Part shown: positions 1 through 9,875 of the stretch, piece after piece
Layout: every line of letters begins with the position of its first letter
How positions within the stretch are numbered: position 1 is the first letter of the stretch
NCBI GenBank assembly: GCA_963699755.1
Contig: CAVOVB010000001.1
Coordinates: forward strand, 1,887,989-1,951,988
Direction: 5' to 3'
From: an uncultured delta proteobacterium
GTDB taxonomy: Bacteria; Myxococcota_A; Polyangia; Polyangiales; Houyiibacteriaceae
Length of the DNA stretch: 64,000 nt
Position numbers and translations under genes: made by a program
Notes under the pieces: generated by a model
The model's input: only the letters and a program-made list of their open reading frames with translations
Databases searched by the model: none
Told to the model about the DNA's origin: nothing

Positions 1-159
1 GCATCGGAAAGATGACCGCGCCCTGGCTGGAAGGCCAGATCGGACGTAATGAGCTCGCGGTGTTTCGGGCCCTCAAGCGGCACTTCGATCCCCGAAACGT
101 GCTCAACCCAGGCGGCACCCTCGCGCTCGATCTGCCGGATGACCAACGCCGCTGCCTGA
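1..159 (+). CDS. C-terminal end of FAD-linked oxidase (alkyl-DHAP synthase/GlcD-like), partial; stop position uncertain
   Basis: GIGKMTAPWL...ALKRHFDPRNVLNPG matches the C-terminal motif of FAD-oxidase_C proteins. The ORF runs on into the next gene, probably through a frameshift. Confidence 0.7.
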
Positions 160-227
160 GCGCCGCCATTGGAAAATTGTGCCGGCGATCGACAGCACGG
201 GTTACGCAGGACCCTCTAAATCCTCCG

Positions 228-1032
228 ATGAGCTTACGAAGTGTCGTCGGCAGCTCCCTCGGAACAGTGCTGGTCTTCATGACTGGCATGGGCTGCGCGT
301 CCAAGTCTTGTCCCCCATGCGACGCGGCAGCCGTGTCTGCCAAGAAGTCCGAGGGCTCGGGCGGTGAGTCGGCCTCTGGGGTGTACTACGCGCTACCCGG
401 CCTGGAGCATGGACTACTCCAGTCCCCGGTGAACATCCTTTCCGGCGAGGCCGAAGACGGGCGCCACACTATCCATTTCAGTGTTGGAGATGGTGCAGAC
501 CAGGTACAGAATCTCGGACACACCGTGCAGCTCGACTTCCGGAGGGGCATCACGACGGAGTTCGATGGCAACAGGTACGAGTTCATGCAGCTTCATTTTC
601 ACACGCCCTCCGAGCATCTCGTCGACGGAATCACCTATCCCATGGAGATGCACTTGGTGCATTCACGTCCCGGTCTTTCGTCCGATGATCCACCCAACTA
701 CTTAGTCGTGGCACTTCTCTTCCGGATGGGGAAGCCCAATCAATTCATCGAAGAGTTCCTCGATGCAATTCCGACGCAGGAAGGCCGTTCGGCCAAGCTC
801 GACGAGGTGTTTGTCGAGGACGTGCTTGGTTCGGGCTTGGATGTCGAGAGCATTGACTATTTTCACTACCGTGGCTCGCTGACGACACCTCCGTACACCG
901 AATGCGTCGATTGGATGGTAGCCAAACAGATCGTCGACGCGGGGCCAGCTCAAATCCAACGGATTCACCTCGTCGAGGGCGACAACGCGCGACACATTCA
1001 ACGCCTGGGTGGCCGCGACGATCGACGAGTAG
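228..1032 (+). CDS. cah: Alpha-class carbonic anhydrase, probable lipoprotein (1-nt frameshift just before the stop)
   Basis: QSPVNI, QLHFHTPSEH, EMHLVH, YRGSLTTPP and DNAR motifs; N-terminal hydrophobic stretch ending MGC. Removing one base near 1017 gives ...GRTIDE-TAG at 1030-1032. Confidence 0.88.
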
Positions 1033-1079
1033 CAAATGTTTTTCACCGCAGATCGCATCGACTGCGCTACGCTTCGCCG

Positions 1080-1998
1080 GTGACCGACTCCGAACATAGC
1101 GCGCTGCGCGAGCGGGTTTCCGGCCGTGCCGTCGCGATCACCGGCGCTTCGAGCGGGATTGGCGAAGCGCTGGCCAATCGGTTGGGGGACGCCGGGGCAA
1201 AGGTCCTGCTCGTCGCGCGATCCGCCGACAAGCTCGAAGACATGAAGCAAGAGCATCGAGGGGCGCGGCGGAACGGCATTCGCGTATCCTGGCGACTTAT
1301 CGAACGCCGAGGACACCGAGCGTCTGATCGCTGCCATTCTTGCTGACCACGGCCAAGTCGATATCCTCGTCAACAATGCAGGAATCTCGATTCGCCGAAG
1401 TGTCGCCAAGTCGTACGATCGGGTGCACGACTTCGAGCGGACGCTCGCTCTCAATTTCTTGGGCGCGGTGCGTCTCATCATGGGATTTCTTCCGGGTATG
1501 CGCGCACAGAAGAGCGGGCAGATCCTCAACGTGTCGACGATCGGGGTCCAGGTGAACGTTCCGCGCTACGGCGCTTACATCGCGAGCAAGGCGGCGCTCG
1601 ACGCGTTCAGTCGAGTCCTGGCAGTCGAAGCGCTGAAGGACGGGGTCAAGGTCACGACGATCTACATGCCATTGGTCAAGACGCCGATGATGAAATCGAC
1701 GACGATTTACGACTCGTTTCCGATGCGGAGCGCCGTAGAAGCTGCCGACCTAGTGGCGGACGGCATCGTCCATCAGCCGAAACGGGTGGCCACCCCTGTC
1801 GGAAATCTATTCGAATTCGCCTATGGGGTGGCGCCGAACGTCGTCGATCGCATTCTGAACGCCGCATACCAGCTCTACCCTGAGTCGGGTGACAAAAAGG
1901 ACCAGCGCGAGCCAGCAAGCGGCGACGCCGCGATGTTTCAGCGCGTGTTCAAGGCCGTTGCGCGTCGGGCGAGACGTCGAGCGTCTGGACGACGGTAA
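1080..1998 (+). CDS. SDR oxidoreductase, fatty acyl-CoA reductase (Acr1)-like; frameshift near 1250
   Basis: TGASSGIG in one frame; VNNAGISIRRS, DFERT and YIASK (YxxxK) in the other frame. Confidence 0.82.
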
Positions 1999-2009
1999 CG
2001 GGCTGGGCA

Positions 2010-3336
2010 TCACGCTCGGTGACGCGCTCGAGCCGCCGAACGGTCTGTCCTGGAAACAGAGCCCATGATGAGGAGCGTGGCCATCAACATCGTCAGTACG
2101 GCTGCTTCACGTCTGGTCAGGTCACGTTCCCCGATGTGCCTGGAAGATCCGCTGAACAACGTGAAGAACGCTCGCATCACAGCGATCCCGTTGAGCGCCG
2201 TCGCGGCGATCAATGCAAAGGCAAGTAGCGGGAACTCATCGACCGATCCCTGAACCAAGAGGTCTTCGGCTACGAAACCGAGCGTCAGCGGCAGGCCTAC
2301 ACTTGCAAAACCCATGAAGAGAAAAGCGACAGCCATGCGCGGCGTTCGGGTGAAACTCCCGCCCGGGACATTGACCGAAAGATTCCCACGCCGGGCTTCG
2401 AGAGAGGCGAGCGTCATTGCGAAGCCGGCGGTTGCCACGCCTATCACTTGCCATGTGAGCAATGCGCCAATCTGGGCAACGGGAGAGCTCGTATCCAGGC
2501 CGAAGGCCACGAGCCCTGTCTGGCTCATTATCAAGAATGCGAGCGCACGCCGCGCGTCCGTTTGTGCAATGCCGAGAGCTGCGGCGACCACCGCAGTGAT
2601 CGCACCGAGAGACGCCACGCCGTGAGCAAGTTGCGACGGGAGCTCCCCTCGGAGCAACTCGAGATGCGCATAGACGCCCAGTTGCGGTGCAAAGAACGCC
2701 ACAACGAGTCCCATGGGTGCGTATTGCACGAACGGGGGGAACCAACTGTGAAGCGGGATCACGGCTTCGCGAATTCCGATGCCGGCGAGGAGAAACACGA
2801 GCCCAACCGTGGACTCGCCTCGACTGAGCAGCACCGCGCCGATTCCAAGCGCGACGACACTCGGCACATGATAAATGGCGAACAACCTCGCCGTACTTCG
2901 AGTTCGTCGCATCTCTCGCAACTCGAGCCACACGATGAGCGCCGAAGCGCCCCAGAGGACGGCAAGCCCGATCGGATGGCGAATGACCAGGAAGACCAAC
3001 GCGATCGCGATGAGAAGCAAAATCCTCGCGAATGTCTTTGGACGCGTTCCACGAATTGGACTGAGGACGATCGCGGCATAGCCGATCAGGCAGGTAATCA
3101 AGGAGAATGCGGGAGCCCAGGAGTGCGGGTCCTCCATCGCGACCCAGTCGGCGGATCGCTCGAGCATGGGAGCTCCTGAGTACGCGCCAGCTGACGTGGG
3201 TGAGCGCAAGCAAGCCGGTGAGACCCATCGCGTAGCTAGCGCGGTGACGGGCTGTTCGTGACGAGGGCGAGCGCGCGACGAACCAGGCCATGGGGAGGAG
3301 AAGAAGGAGTTGCAGAGCCGCAAATACGAGTGTCAT
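2010..3336 (-). CDS. NuoM/MrpD-like proton-conducting membrane subunit (frameshift near 3180)
   Basis: Multi-TM protein with IREAVIPLHSW and GLPLTLGFVAED motifs. The start at 3336 overlaps the dabB stop (ATGA), and the N-terminus lies in a different frame from the body. Confidence 0.75.
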
Positions 3337-4700
3337 GACGTGACCTCGTCCCGCTGCTGACGTGACTTCTTGGCCGGTGTTGGTTTCGTGAGATAGTCAA
3401 CCCAGGCCCGGTCCAGTCGATCCAGCCACGAGAGCACGGCCAGCGCTCGCCCAATGACGTGGTCCTTGAGAAAAGCGTCGAAGCCCCCGCGCTCTAGAGC
3501 GACGCGATAGAGCCAGGGCTGCAGTGCCGTCGGCACCAGGCGTTCGAGATGTCCGCCGGTTCGGGGGAGCTGCTTTCCCATCGCTTGTTCGAGATGATGG
3601 TAGTCGTGAAGGAGACTCGGCGAACGGAGGATCTGGAGCGTTCGAATGGCGGCATGGCCGACGATATGGGCCACGGCGAGGTGGTAGAAGCCAAGGCCGA
3701 TCTCCACGTAGATCAGCCCAACTTGGGTCATCGACGCGTATGCGAGGGCGCTTTTGATGTCGCTTTGCGTGCGGCCCACGAACGTCGCGTGCAGCGCCGT
3801 GAGCGCTCCCACGGCGACTACCGAGCCCGCTGCGACCCCGGAGAACTCGAGAATCGATGTGGCGCGAAGCAGGAGATAGGGCCCGAGATGAATGGAGAGC
3901 GCCCCATAAAAGACGGCGCTCGAAGGAGTGGGACCTTCCATCGCACGGGGCAGCCATCCGGACAGGGGCACTTGGGCCGCTTTGCCCATCGACGCCCAGA
4001 GAAGGAGCAAGCCGACCACGGTCGCCCCGAGCACGGTGTCCGGAACGACGAAGCTCGCCCATGGACCCGTCGGGGAAGGTACGACATCGGAGGTACCGAC
4101 CATCTGGTGAAGTGCAACGGCGGCGGAGAGCAAACCGATATCACAGAGCCGATAGGTGACGAAGGCACGGAGGCCGTGCTCGACCGGCGCGCGCCTCTCG
4201 TGGAAGAACGCGATTAAGAGAGCGGACGTCAGGCCGACGAGCTCCCATCCGATAAAGGCCAAGTCCAGGCTTCCCGCGAGGACCACGAACTCGACCGCAG
4301 CGCCAAAAATGGTCAGCAGCAGGTAGAACCGTGAGAAACCCGGCTCGCGGTGCAAATACCTCCGCGAGAATGCCGCGACGAGGCCGAGCAAAGCAGCCGA
4401 GAAGATTGCAAACGGGATCGACAGATGATCGGCGACGAGACTCCAATCGAACGAATAGTGTTTGGCAGAGAACCAGCTGCCCAAGTGCACGCGGACTTCC
4501 GCGAAATCGCGCAGCAGAAGCCATCCCGCAGTCAGCGTAGATGAGGCTAGGGAAGCGCTGAACGCCAAACCTACGATCGTGACGGTCGCTCGCTCGCTCC
4601 AGGCTCGATCGAGCCAGGCCCGCAAGCCGAGCACGAAGACGGCGAGCATCGGAAAGCCTACGATGCCAATCACCAAGCCATCGACAAGCGTTTCCATCAT
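3333..4700 (-). CDS. dabB: DAB inorganic carbon pump membrane subunit (NuoL-like)
   Basis: WELVG and KAAQVPLSGWLPRAMEGPTPSSA NuoL-family motifs; ATGA overlap with dabA. Confidence 0.88.
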   Translation of the reverse strand: MMETLVDGLVIGIVGFPMLAVFVLGLRAWLDRAWSERATVTIVGLAFSASLASSTLTAGWLLLRDFAEVRVHLGSWFSAKHYSFDWSLVADHLSIPFAIFSAALLGLVAAFSRRYLHREPGFSRFYLLLTIFGAAVEFVVLAGSLDLAFIGWELVGLTSALLIAFFHERRAPVEHGLRAFVTYRLCDIGLLSAAVALHQMVGTSDVVPSPTGPWASFVVPDTVLGATVVGLLLLWASMGKAAQVPLSGWLPRAMEGPTPSSAVFYGALSIHLGPYLLLRATSILEFSGVAAGSVVAVGALTALHATFVGRTQSDIKSALAYASMTQVGLIYVEIGLGFYHLAVAHIVGHAAIRTLQILRSPSLLHDYHHLEQAMGKQLPRTGGHLERLVPTALQPWLYRVALERGGFDAFLKDHVIGRALAVLSWLDRLDRAWVDYLTKPTPAKKSRQQRDEVTS

Positions 4701-7678
4701 GCCGCACCGTATTCGAGCAACCCGGCCTTGACGTGGGCCGGGCTCAAATGCCCTCGCCGGCCGGAGTAGAAGTCGACGGAACGGCCGACTACGGCGATGG
4801 CGGGATTTTCCGGAACATACGGCTGAAATCGCCGATTCTCGTAGACCGCCACGGCGTCGCTTCTTGGGTCCCAAGCGACCAGTTGGATCCACTCGTTGTT
4901 CACCAAGTTCGCAAGTGCCGAGTCGCGTTCGAGAATGCGCACCAACTCCTCGGTTTCCGCCTCGACGATCGTGAGTAGCCGAACCGGCTCGTGGATCTCC
5001 ACCATTTGCCAAGGGAGACCCGTTCTCAAGTCCGATGCGTGCCCATCCATCACACCGACGAGCCCGACGATGTTGTGGGGAAGCTTGGTCCCGCAACCGT
5101 AGCCCGTGGGATCGACGAAGCTGAAGTAATATTCCAGGTTGATCCCGGCGCCGACCGGTCCAACCGAGCGAAGGAGCTGAGCCAGAATCGCCCCGGTCGA
5201 GTCGCTCTCGGGATCATACGACACGAGAAAGGCCCGCCGATCTAGAAACAACCCACGTGTCCGTGCACGGCGGCCCACGATGCAAACGGCGTTGGTTGCA
5301 TGCCCATACTCGGGCCTTGGCTGCGCGAGATCGTAGGCGTGCGCCTCGGCGTGTGCCAGCGCTGCCTCGGGATCCAGACCCAGGGGCGCTGACTCGAAAC
5401 GGCGACAGCGCTCGTGCGCATCAAGTCGGCAGGCGTCTGCAAACGCGCGCTTCGCGTCCGCCAGCGCCTCCAGCGACTCTGCCGGGACCCGATCTTCTTC
5501 GTAGTACGTCATCGAGTCGTCGCAGGTGTTGTGATATGCGCCGACGAACCAGGTCGAATCAGGGATGACGAGTCCTCTGCTTCGAAGCCGTTCTCGAACC
5601 CGTGGTTCATTGGCCATCTCAGCGAAGGCACGCGCGTTGGGGCCCCCGCGTCCCCCACCCGTCGCACCGCAGTCGTGTGCCGCTTCGTGAGGGTTGTTGA
5701 GACTCGAGGAGCCATGCCCGACGATCAGGACCAGCGACGACAACTGTCCCGCCATCCCCATCGTCGTAAGTGCTCCGGACACGACATCCGCCATTTCATC
5801 GATCGTGTAGCCCAACGCGAGCCCGTCGGGTCGCTCGCCTGGAGCGCGTTCGAGGCACAAGCGCGTCGGAGGCATGGGTGCTGTCCTGTGCGAGATCCTG
5901 TGCGCTAGACGCTCCGTGGCGCGAGGAAACAGGCTCCTCCCAAGAAGTGGGATGATCGCCAAGAATCCGAACAAGGCAGAGAGGACCCCGCCGCGGGTCA
6001 GCATTTTGCTTCCGAGTCCGATCGAGTGAGTCATTTGTCCTCGTCTGCGACGCTTCTCGGCAAACACGGCAGCTTCGCCCTCGTCGAGGGCGCGTTCCCT
6101 GACGTAGTGGCTTGGGAGAACGGCCACAGGGCATAGCGGCCTCGGACGAATGTCCTCGATGCCCTGATACGCCATCGCGATGCCAAAGAAGCCCGCGTAT
6201 CCGAAGGTCTCGACGTCCGGCCGAATCTCTTCGAGGTGCCTGCGAAGCGACTCCTCGCGATCGTCGATACAGAATACGGCTTGAAAGCGAGGTTGTGCCG
6301 CTTGCCTGCGTTTGAATCGGCAGTGACCCACGATTCCGTCGAGCACCCCGATGCGGTGCCTTCTTTCATACGCGAGGTGCAAGAGCCGGCGCCGTTCGTT
6401 CGAATCGAATCCGCCGACCTCTTCGAGCCAGCGCTTCGCTGCTTCCCGTCCTCCAAGCTCCGCCGGCCCGAGTCCGGCGAGCTGGGCCGTGATGAAGCCT
6501 TCGTAGACGAGCTCGAGATCGAGGTCGCTCTCTCGTTTGGCGTCCGTCCGAAGCGATAGCATCTCAGCGAACGCGTCCGGCCCACCAGCCCGTGTTCGAA
6601 TGACGAAGCGAGCGGCGTGCAGGTCGAGGCTGAGCTGCAGCGCGAGGTAGTCGAGGAGTCGGGCGCGGGGAGGGTCGACGGGCGCCGTGTCGGGACGCAG
6701 CTCCAGCTGCCGAATCATGCCCGCCCAACCTGGAAGCGACAACAGGGTCTCTTCGATGTACCCAGCCCATTGCGCGTGGGGGACATCGAGCTCTTCCAGT
6801 GCCCAGCGCACCGTCCGGTCTGCGTCCCATCGCTCGCTTTGCTGGAGTCTCAGCTGCTTTGAAAGCCCTTCCATCCAGCGATCGGAAGGACCCGACCCGA
6901 TTCCGTAGAGAGAGCGGAAGACTTCGAGCAAACCCGCATCTCGTCCCGGCATCTCCCAATACGCGATCCCCTGATCGACGAAAGCGGCGCAGACACGAAT
7001 CAGAAGGGGGTGGACGAAGTGATCGGTATCAATGCCGCAGACTTCGAGGATCTGGTCGCGCCGCCTGATGCCGGTGCGGGCGCGGGGGGAGGTCGGAGCG
7101 ACGGCGAGCAGCTCCCTCCAGATCTGCTCGAGGGCCTGCTCTTCACGCGCCTCTGGCGTGCTGGAGTTCCCGCCGAGGGAGACACGCTCGGCGGACTGAA
7201 GGATCGCAGCCCGGGCCGACTCCGGCACGCGACGGTGGAAGCGAAACAGCGTCCCCGTCTCTTCGAGCATCCAGTTGAGCGCAGGACCCTGTGGGATCTC
7301 GAAGAGATTGCTCAGACGTATGGCCCGCATCTCCCGTCGCGTCGGCCCTCCGGCTATCACAGGGCCTCCTGAGTCCTCGATGGACGCGTTGACTACGTTT
7401 TCAATGTCGGCCGAACGAATTCTCGCCGACTCGATGCACTCGTCGAAGGCTGCTTCGGACTGGTAAGGCTCGGTACCGAAGCGCGCAGCGGCCTCGACGA
7501 CGGCTTCTTCGAAGTGAAGGTGCTCAAAGGCATGCAAGGTGTTGTGATGAACGAACATATGCAGCGGAGACTGCTGAGGAAGCAGGTGCGCTGCGTGGTC
7601 GAGCAGCTCACCAAGCGTCGCGTTCGCAGTCGATTTCGAGCTGGACAGGCTGAGAGACTCGCTTGCAACGGAGGTCAT
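4697..7678 (-). CDS. dabA: DAB inorganic carbon pump soluble subunit (DUF2309/UPF0753)
   Basis: FVHHNTLHAFE, FCIDDREES, GHGS-x-DCG, RPEYGHA, INLEYYFS and HEPVRL motifs. Start placed at the ATGA overlap with the sulP stop. Confidence 0.92.
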   Translation of the reverse strand: MTSVASESLSLSSSKSTANATLGELLDHAAHLLPQQSPLHMFVHHNTLHAFEHLHFEEAVVEAAARFGTEPYQSEAAFDECIESARIRSADIENVVNASIEDSGGPVIAGGPTRREMRAIRLSNLFEIPQGPALNWMLEETGTLFRFHRRVPESARAAILQSAERVSLGGNSSTPEAREEQALEQIWRELLAVAPTSPRARTGIRRRDQILEVCGIDTDHFVHPLLIRVCAAFVDQGIAYWEMPGRDAGLLEVFRSLYGIGSGPSDRWMEGLSKQLRLQQSERWDADRTVRWALEELDVPHAQWAGYIEETLLSLPGWAGMIRQLELRPDTAPVDPPRARLLDYLALQLSLDLHAARFVIRTRAGGPDAFAEMLSLRTDAKRESDLDLELVYEGFITAQLAGLGPAELGGREAAKRWLEEVGGFDSNERRRLLHLAYERRHRIGVLDGIVGHCRFKRRQAAQPRFQAVFCIDDREESLRRHLEEIRPDVETFGYAGFFGIAMAYQGIEDIRPRPLCPVAVLPSHYVRERALDEGEAAVFAEKRRRRGQMTHSIGLGSKMLTRGGVLSALFGFLAIIPLLGRSLFPRATERLAHRISHRTAPMPPTRLCLERAPGERPDGLALGYTIDEMADVVSGALTTMGMAGQLSSLVLIVGHGSSSLNNPHEAAHDCGATGGGRGGPNARAFAEMANEPRVRERLRSRGLVIPDSTWFVGAYHNTCDDSMTYYEEDRVPAESLEALADAKRAFADACRLDAHERCRRFESAPLGLDPEAALAHAEAHAYDLAQPRPEYGHATNAVCIVGRRARTRGLFLDRRAFLVSYDPESDSTGAILAQLLRSVGPVGAGINLEYYFSFVDPTGYGCGTKLPHNIVGLVGVMDGHASDLRTGLPWQMVEIHEPVRLLTIVEAETEELVRILERDSALANLVNNEWIQLVAWDPRSDAVAVYENRRFQPYVPENPAIAVVGRSVDFYSGRRGHLSPAHVKAGLLEYGAA

Positions 7679-9276
7679 GAAGCGGTCCTTCGACGGGTTG
7701 AGTGCGGATGCGGCGAATGCGGCGTCAGTGCCTCGATCCCCACCACCTCCAATTCCACATTCGGCCACTCGTTGGATAGACCCTCGAGGCGACTCAAGAA
7801 CGTATGGTCAACGATCGCGGCGTCGGTCACATCGATCACCACTTTCCGGCAGGAAGGATCGAGATCCGCGAGGGACTTCCTGACCGAGATGAGGCTCGTG
7901 AAAGCCGCTGCACCGTGCAGCGTCAAGCGCAATTCGGAGCCTTGCTGACTCTTCTCGACGCGCGCACGGAAGATCTGGCTGAAAGTCGCCCCGCGGACGC
8001 GGTGCAAAATGACCTTGAGCACGAGGCCGGCTGCGACGCCAATTAGAAGGTCGGTCGCGAGAGTGATGATGAGTGTAGTGACGAAGAGGGCGAGCTGATC
8101 CAGACCGATCTGTTTGACGTGCCACAGCTCACGGGGTGATGCGAGTCGTGCGCCGGTGTAGACCAGCATTGCCGCCAAGGCCGCGAGCGGAATTTCGTGC
8201 AGCAAGCCGGGAGCCAGAGCGACGAATGTCAGCAGAAATGCGCCATGAAAAAAGTTCGCCCATCGGGACTGCGCGCCAGCATCGACGTTCGCTTTGCTTC
8301 GAACGATCTCGGAAATCATCGGAAGCCCGCCGACCAGAGACGAACAGAGGTTCCCCAAAGAAAGAGCCAGGAGATCGCGATTCAGATTCGACGGGCGCTT
8401 CTCCGGGTCCATCGAGTCGACTGCGAGCACGCTCAAGGTCGACTCGATCGTTCCGACCAGGGCGAACATCACTACGTATTTCAGGGACGCGGCACTGAAC
8501 ACCATCGAAAAATCCGGGAATACGAACGCGTCGAGGAGCGAGCCCGGTAGTTGCACCAGGAACTCCGGCCCAACGTGGAACTGGTGCGATAGAAACTGAT
8601 AGGCGTGCGAGTGGTCCAAATTGAGCCACAAGCTCAGTGGCACTGCCACCGCGAGGACCAGCACCGGAGCCGGGATGGCTTTTGCCCATCGCGTCCGAAT
8701 CAGAGGCCATCCAAAAAGGATGAGTAGCGAGAGAGCACCAAGGATCAGTATCTCGGGATTGGCATGCGCGATGCTCTTCGGAATTTCGGCGAGCAACTCC
8801 AATGGTTCCTTGGCCTCCGGCGCTACGCCCAACAGGGTGTGCACTTGCTTCGAGATGATGATCACACCGATGGCGGCCAACATGCCGTGGACCACAGAGG
8901 GAGACATCGCTACGCCGATCGAGGCGGCGCCAAGGAGGGCGAACGCAATTTGCACGCCTGCCGCGACCGTCCCGACCGCTAGGGCTCGACGGTAGCCGAG
9001 CATCGGATCTCCTCCCCCAAGCTCTTGTACCGCCCCCAATGCGATGACGATGAGTCCGGCCGCGGGCCCCTTGATCGTCAGGCGTGCGCTACCGAGAAAC
9101 GTGACGATGACCCCTCCGATGATCGCGGTCAGAACGCCCGCGATCGGGGGGAATCCACTGGCCATCGCGATCCCCAGGGAGAGGGGAAGGGCGATCAGGA
9201 AAACTAAGAAACCTGCCTTCAAATCGGCAACTGGGAACGGGCTGCGTGGCCCTTCCTTCGATACAACATTCGACAT
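7675..9276 (-). CDS. sulP: SulP/SLC26 family anion (probably bicarbonate) transporter with short STAS-like C-terminus
   Basis: AGFLVFLIALPLSLGIAMASG, GPAAGL, GGLPMISEIVRS and IPLAALAA motifs. Confidence 0.92.
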   Translation of the reverse strand: MSNVVSKEGPRSPFPVADLKAGFLVFLIALPLSLGIAMASGFPPIAGVLTAIIGGVIVTFLGSARLTIKGPAAGLIVIALGAVQELGGGDPMLGYRRALAVGTVAAGVQIAFALLGAASIGVAMSPSVVHGMLAAIGVIIISKQVHTLLGVAPEAKEPLELLAEIPKSIAHANPEILILGALSLLILFGWPLIRTRWAKAIPAPVLVLAVAVPLSLWLNLDHSHAYQFLSHQFHVGPEFLVQLPGSLLDAFVFPDFSMVFSAASLKYVVMFALVGTIESTLSVLAVDSMDPEKRPSNLNRDLLALSLGNLCSSLVGGLPMISEIVRSKANVDAGAQSRWANFFHGAFLLTFVALAPGLLHEIPLAALAAMLVYTGARLASPRELWHVKQIGLDQLALFVTTLIITLATDLLIGVAAGLVLKVILHRVRGATFSQIFRARVEKSQQGSELRLTLHGAAAFTSLISVRKSLADLDPSCRKVVIDVTDAAIVDHTFLSRLEGLSNEWPNVELEVVGIEALTPHSPHPHSTRRRTAS

Positions 9277-9281
9277 GACAA

Positions 9282-9381
9282 TCCGCCTTCGTGCTCAGAA
9301 CACAACGTTGCCCCGGAGATCTGGGGCAATCACACACACGGGAGACGAAACCCTCGGGGGCTTCGTCAGCTGGAAGGCGGA
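9282..9381 (-). promoter_or_regulatory. Putative translational attenuator: anti-SD in leader ORF pairs with the sulP SD and encloses two hairpins
   Basis: mRNA UCCGCCUUC (9381-9373) is the perfect complement of GAAGGCGGA (9290-9282), which ends 5 nt before the sulP ATG. Internal hairpins are GACGAAGCCC/GGGUUUCGUC and UUGCCCC/GGGGCAA. Confidence 0.6.
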
Positions 9382-9749
9382 CCGCGAGCCGGATTCGACG
9401 AAACTAGCGATTGGCTGTCGAGCGGGGCTGAGGGGCAGCCATAGCTCGCAGGAGATTCGGGAGCCTCGAAAGATGGCGCGGCTAGGGGCTCGGAGCCAAG
9501 GTGGTCATCCTCGAGCGGGTCGATGAGCTCGTCGACGCTTGCGGCGAAGCGCACCACGGCAGAGCCCGGGTGCGCGTGAGATGGGGCTGCCGAGGGCTTC
9601 GCCTCGGCGCTCCGATCTGCCGTGAGATCGCCCTCCGCACGGGGAGAGAAACCCAGCACAGACACCAGAAGGAGCGCGGATAGCGCAATGCGCCGGCCTG
9701 GCCGACACCTCGCAACGCTCCAATCCAGCACCGGTTCCGTGACCATCAC
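9366..9749 (-). CDS. Secreted leader peptide with C-terminal RGPP motif (candidate ribosome-arrest peptide)
   Basis: Signal-peptide-like RRIALSALLLVSVLGFSPRAEG, a low-complexity Pro/Ser/Ala body, and a C-terminus NPARGPPSS-stop; sits directly upstream of sulP. Confidence 0.6.
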   Translation of the reverse strand: MMVTEPVLDWSVARCRPGRRIALSALLLVSVLGFSPRAEGDLTADRSAEAKPSAAPSHAHPGSAVVRFAASVDELIDPLEDDHLGSEPLAAPSFEAPESPASYGCPSAPLDSQSLVSSNPARGPPSS

Positions 9750-9875
9750 AGCCTCTCAACCCCCTGGACGGTAGAGTATTCCGTCAAAGTTCGGGGCGTG
9801 CAAGAAGGGCGCGGCGGACAGCCTGGTGCACCCCACGCTGGACGCGGGCGGCCAGGTCCGGGTATATGCCGTTCC

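Noticed and set aside
12..1346. 444-aa ORF as a real oxidase-carbonic anhydrase-SDR triple fusion
   Set aside because: Each part has its own plausible start or stop once single-base indels are allowed, the CA has an internal signal peptide, and the SDR continues in another frame.
2010..4700. Respiratory complex I nuoL/nuoM
   Set aside because: No other nuo genes are present, and the direct coupling to DUF2309 identifies a DAB-type locus.
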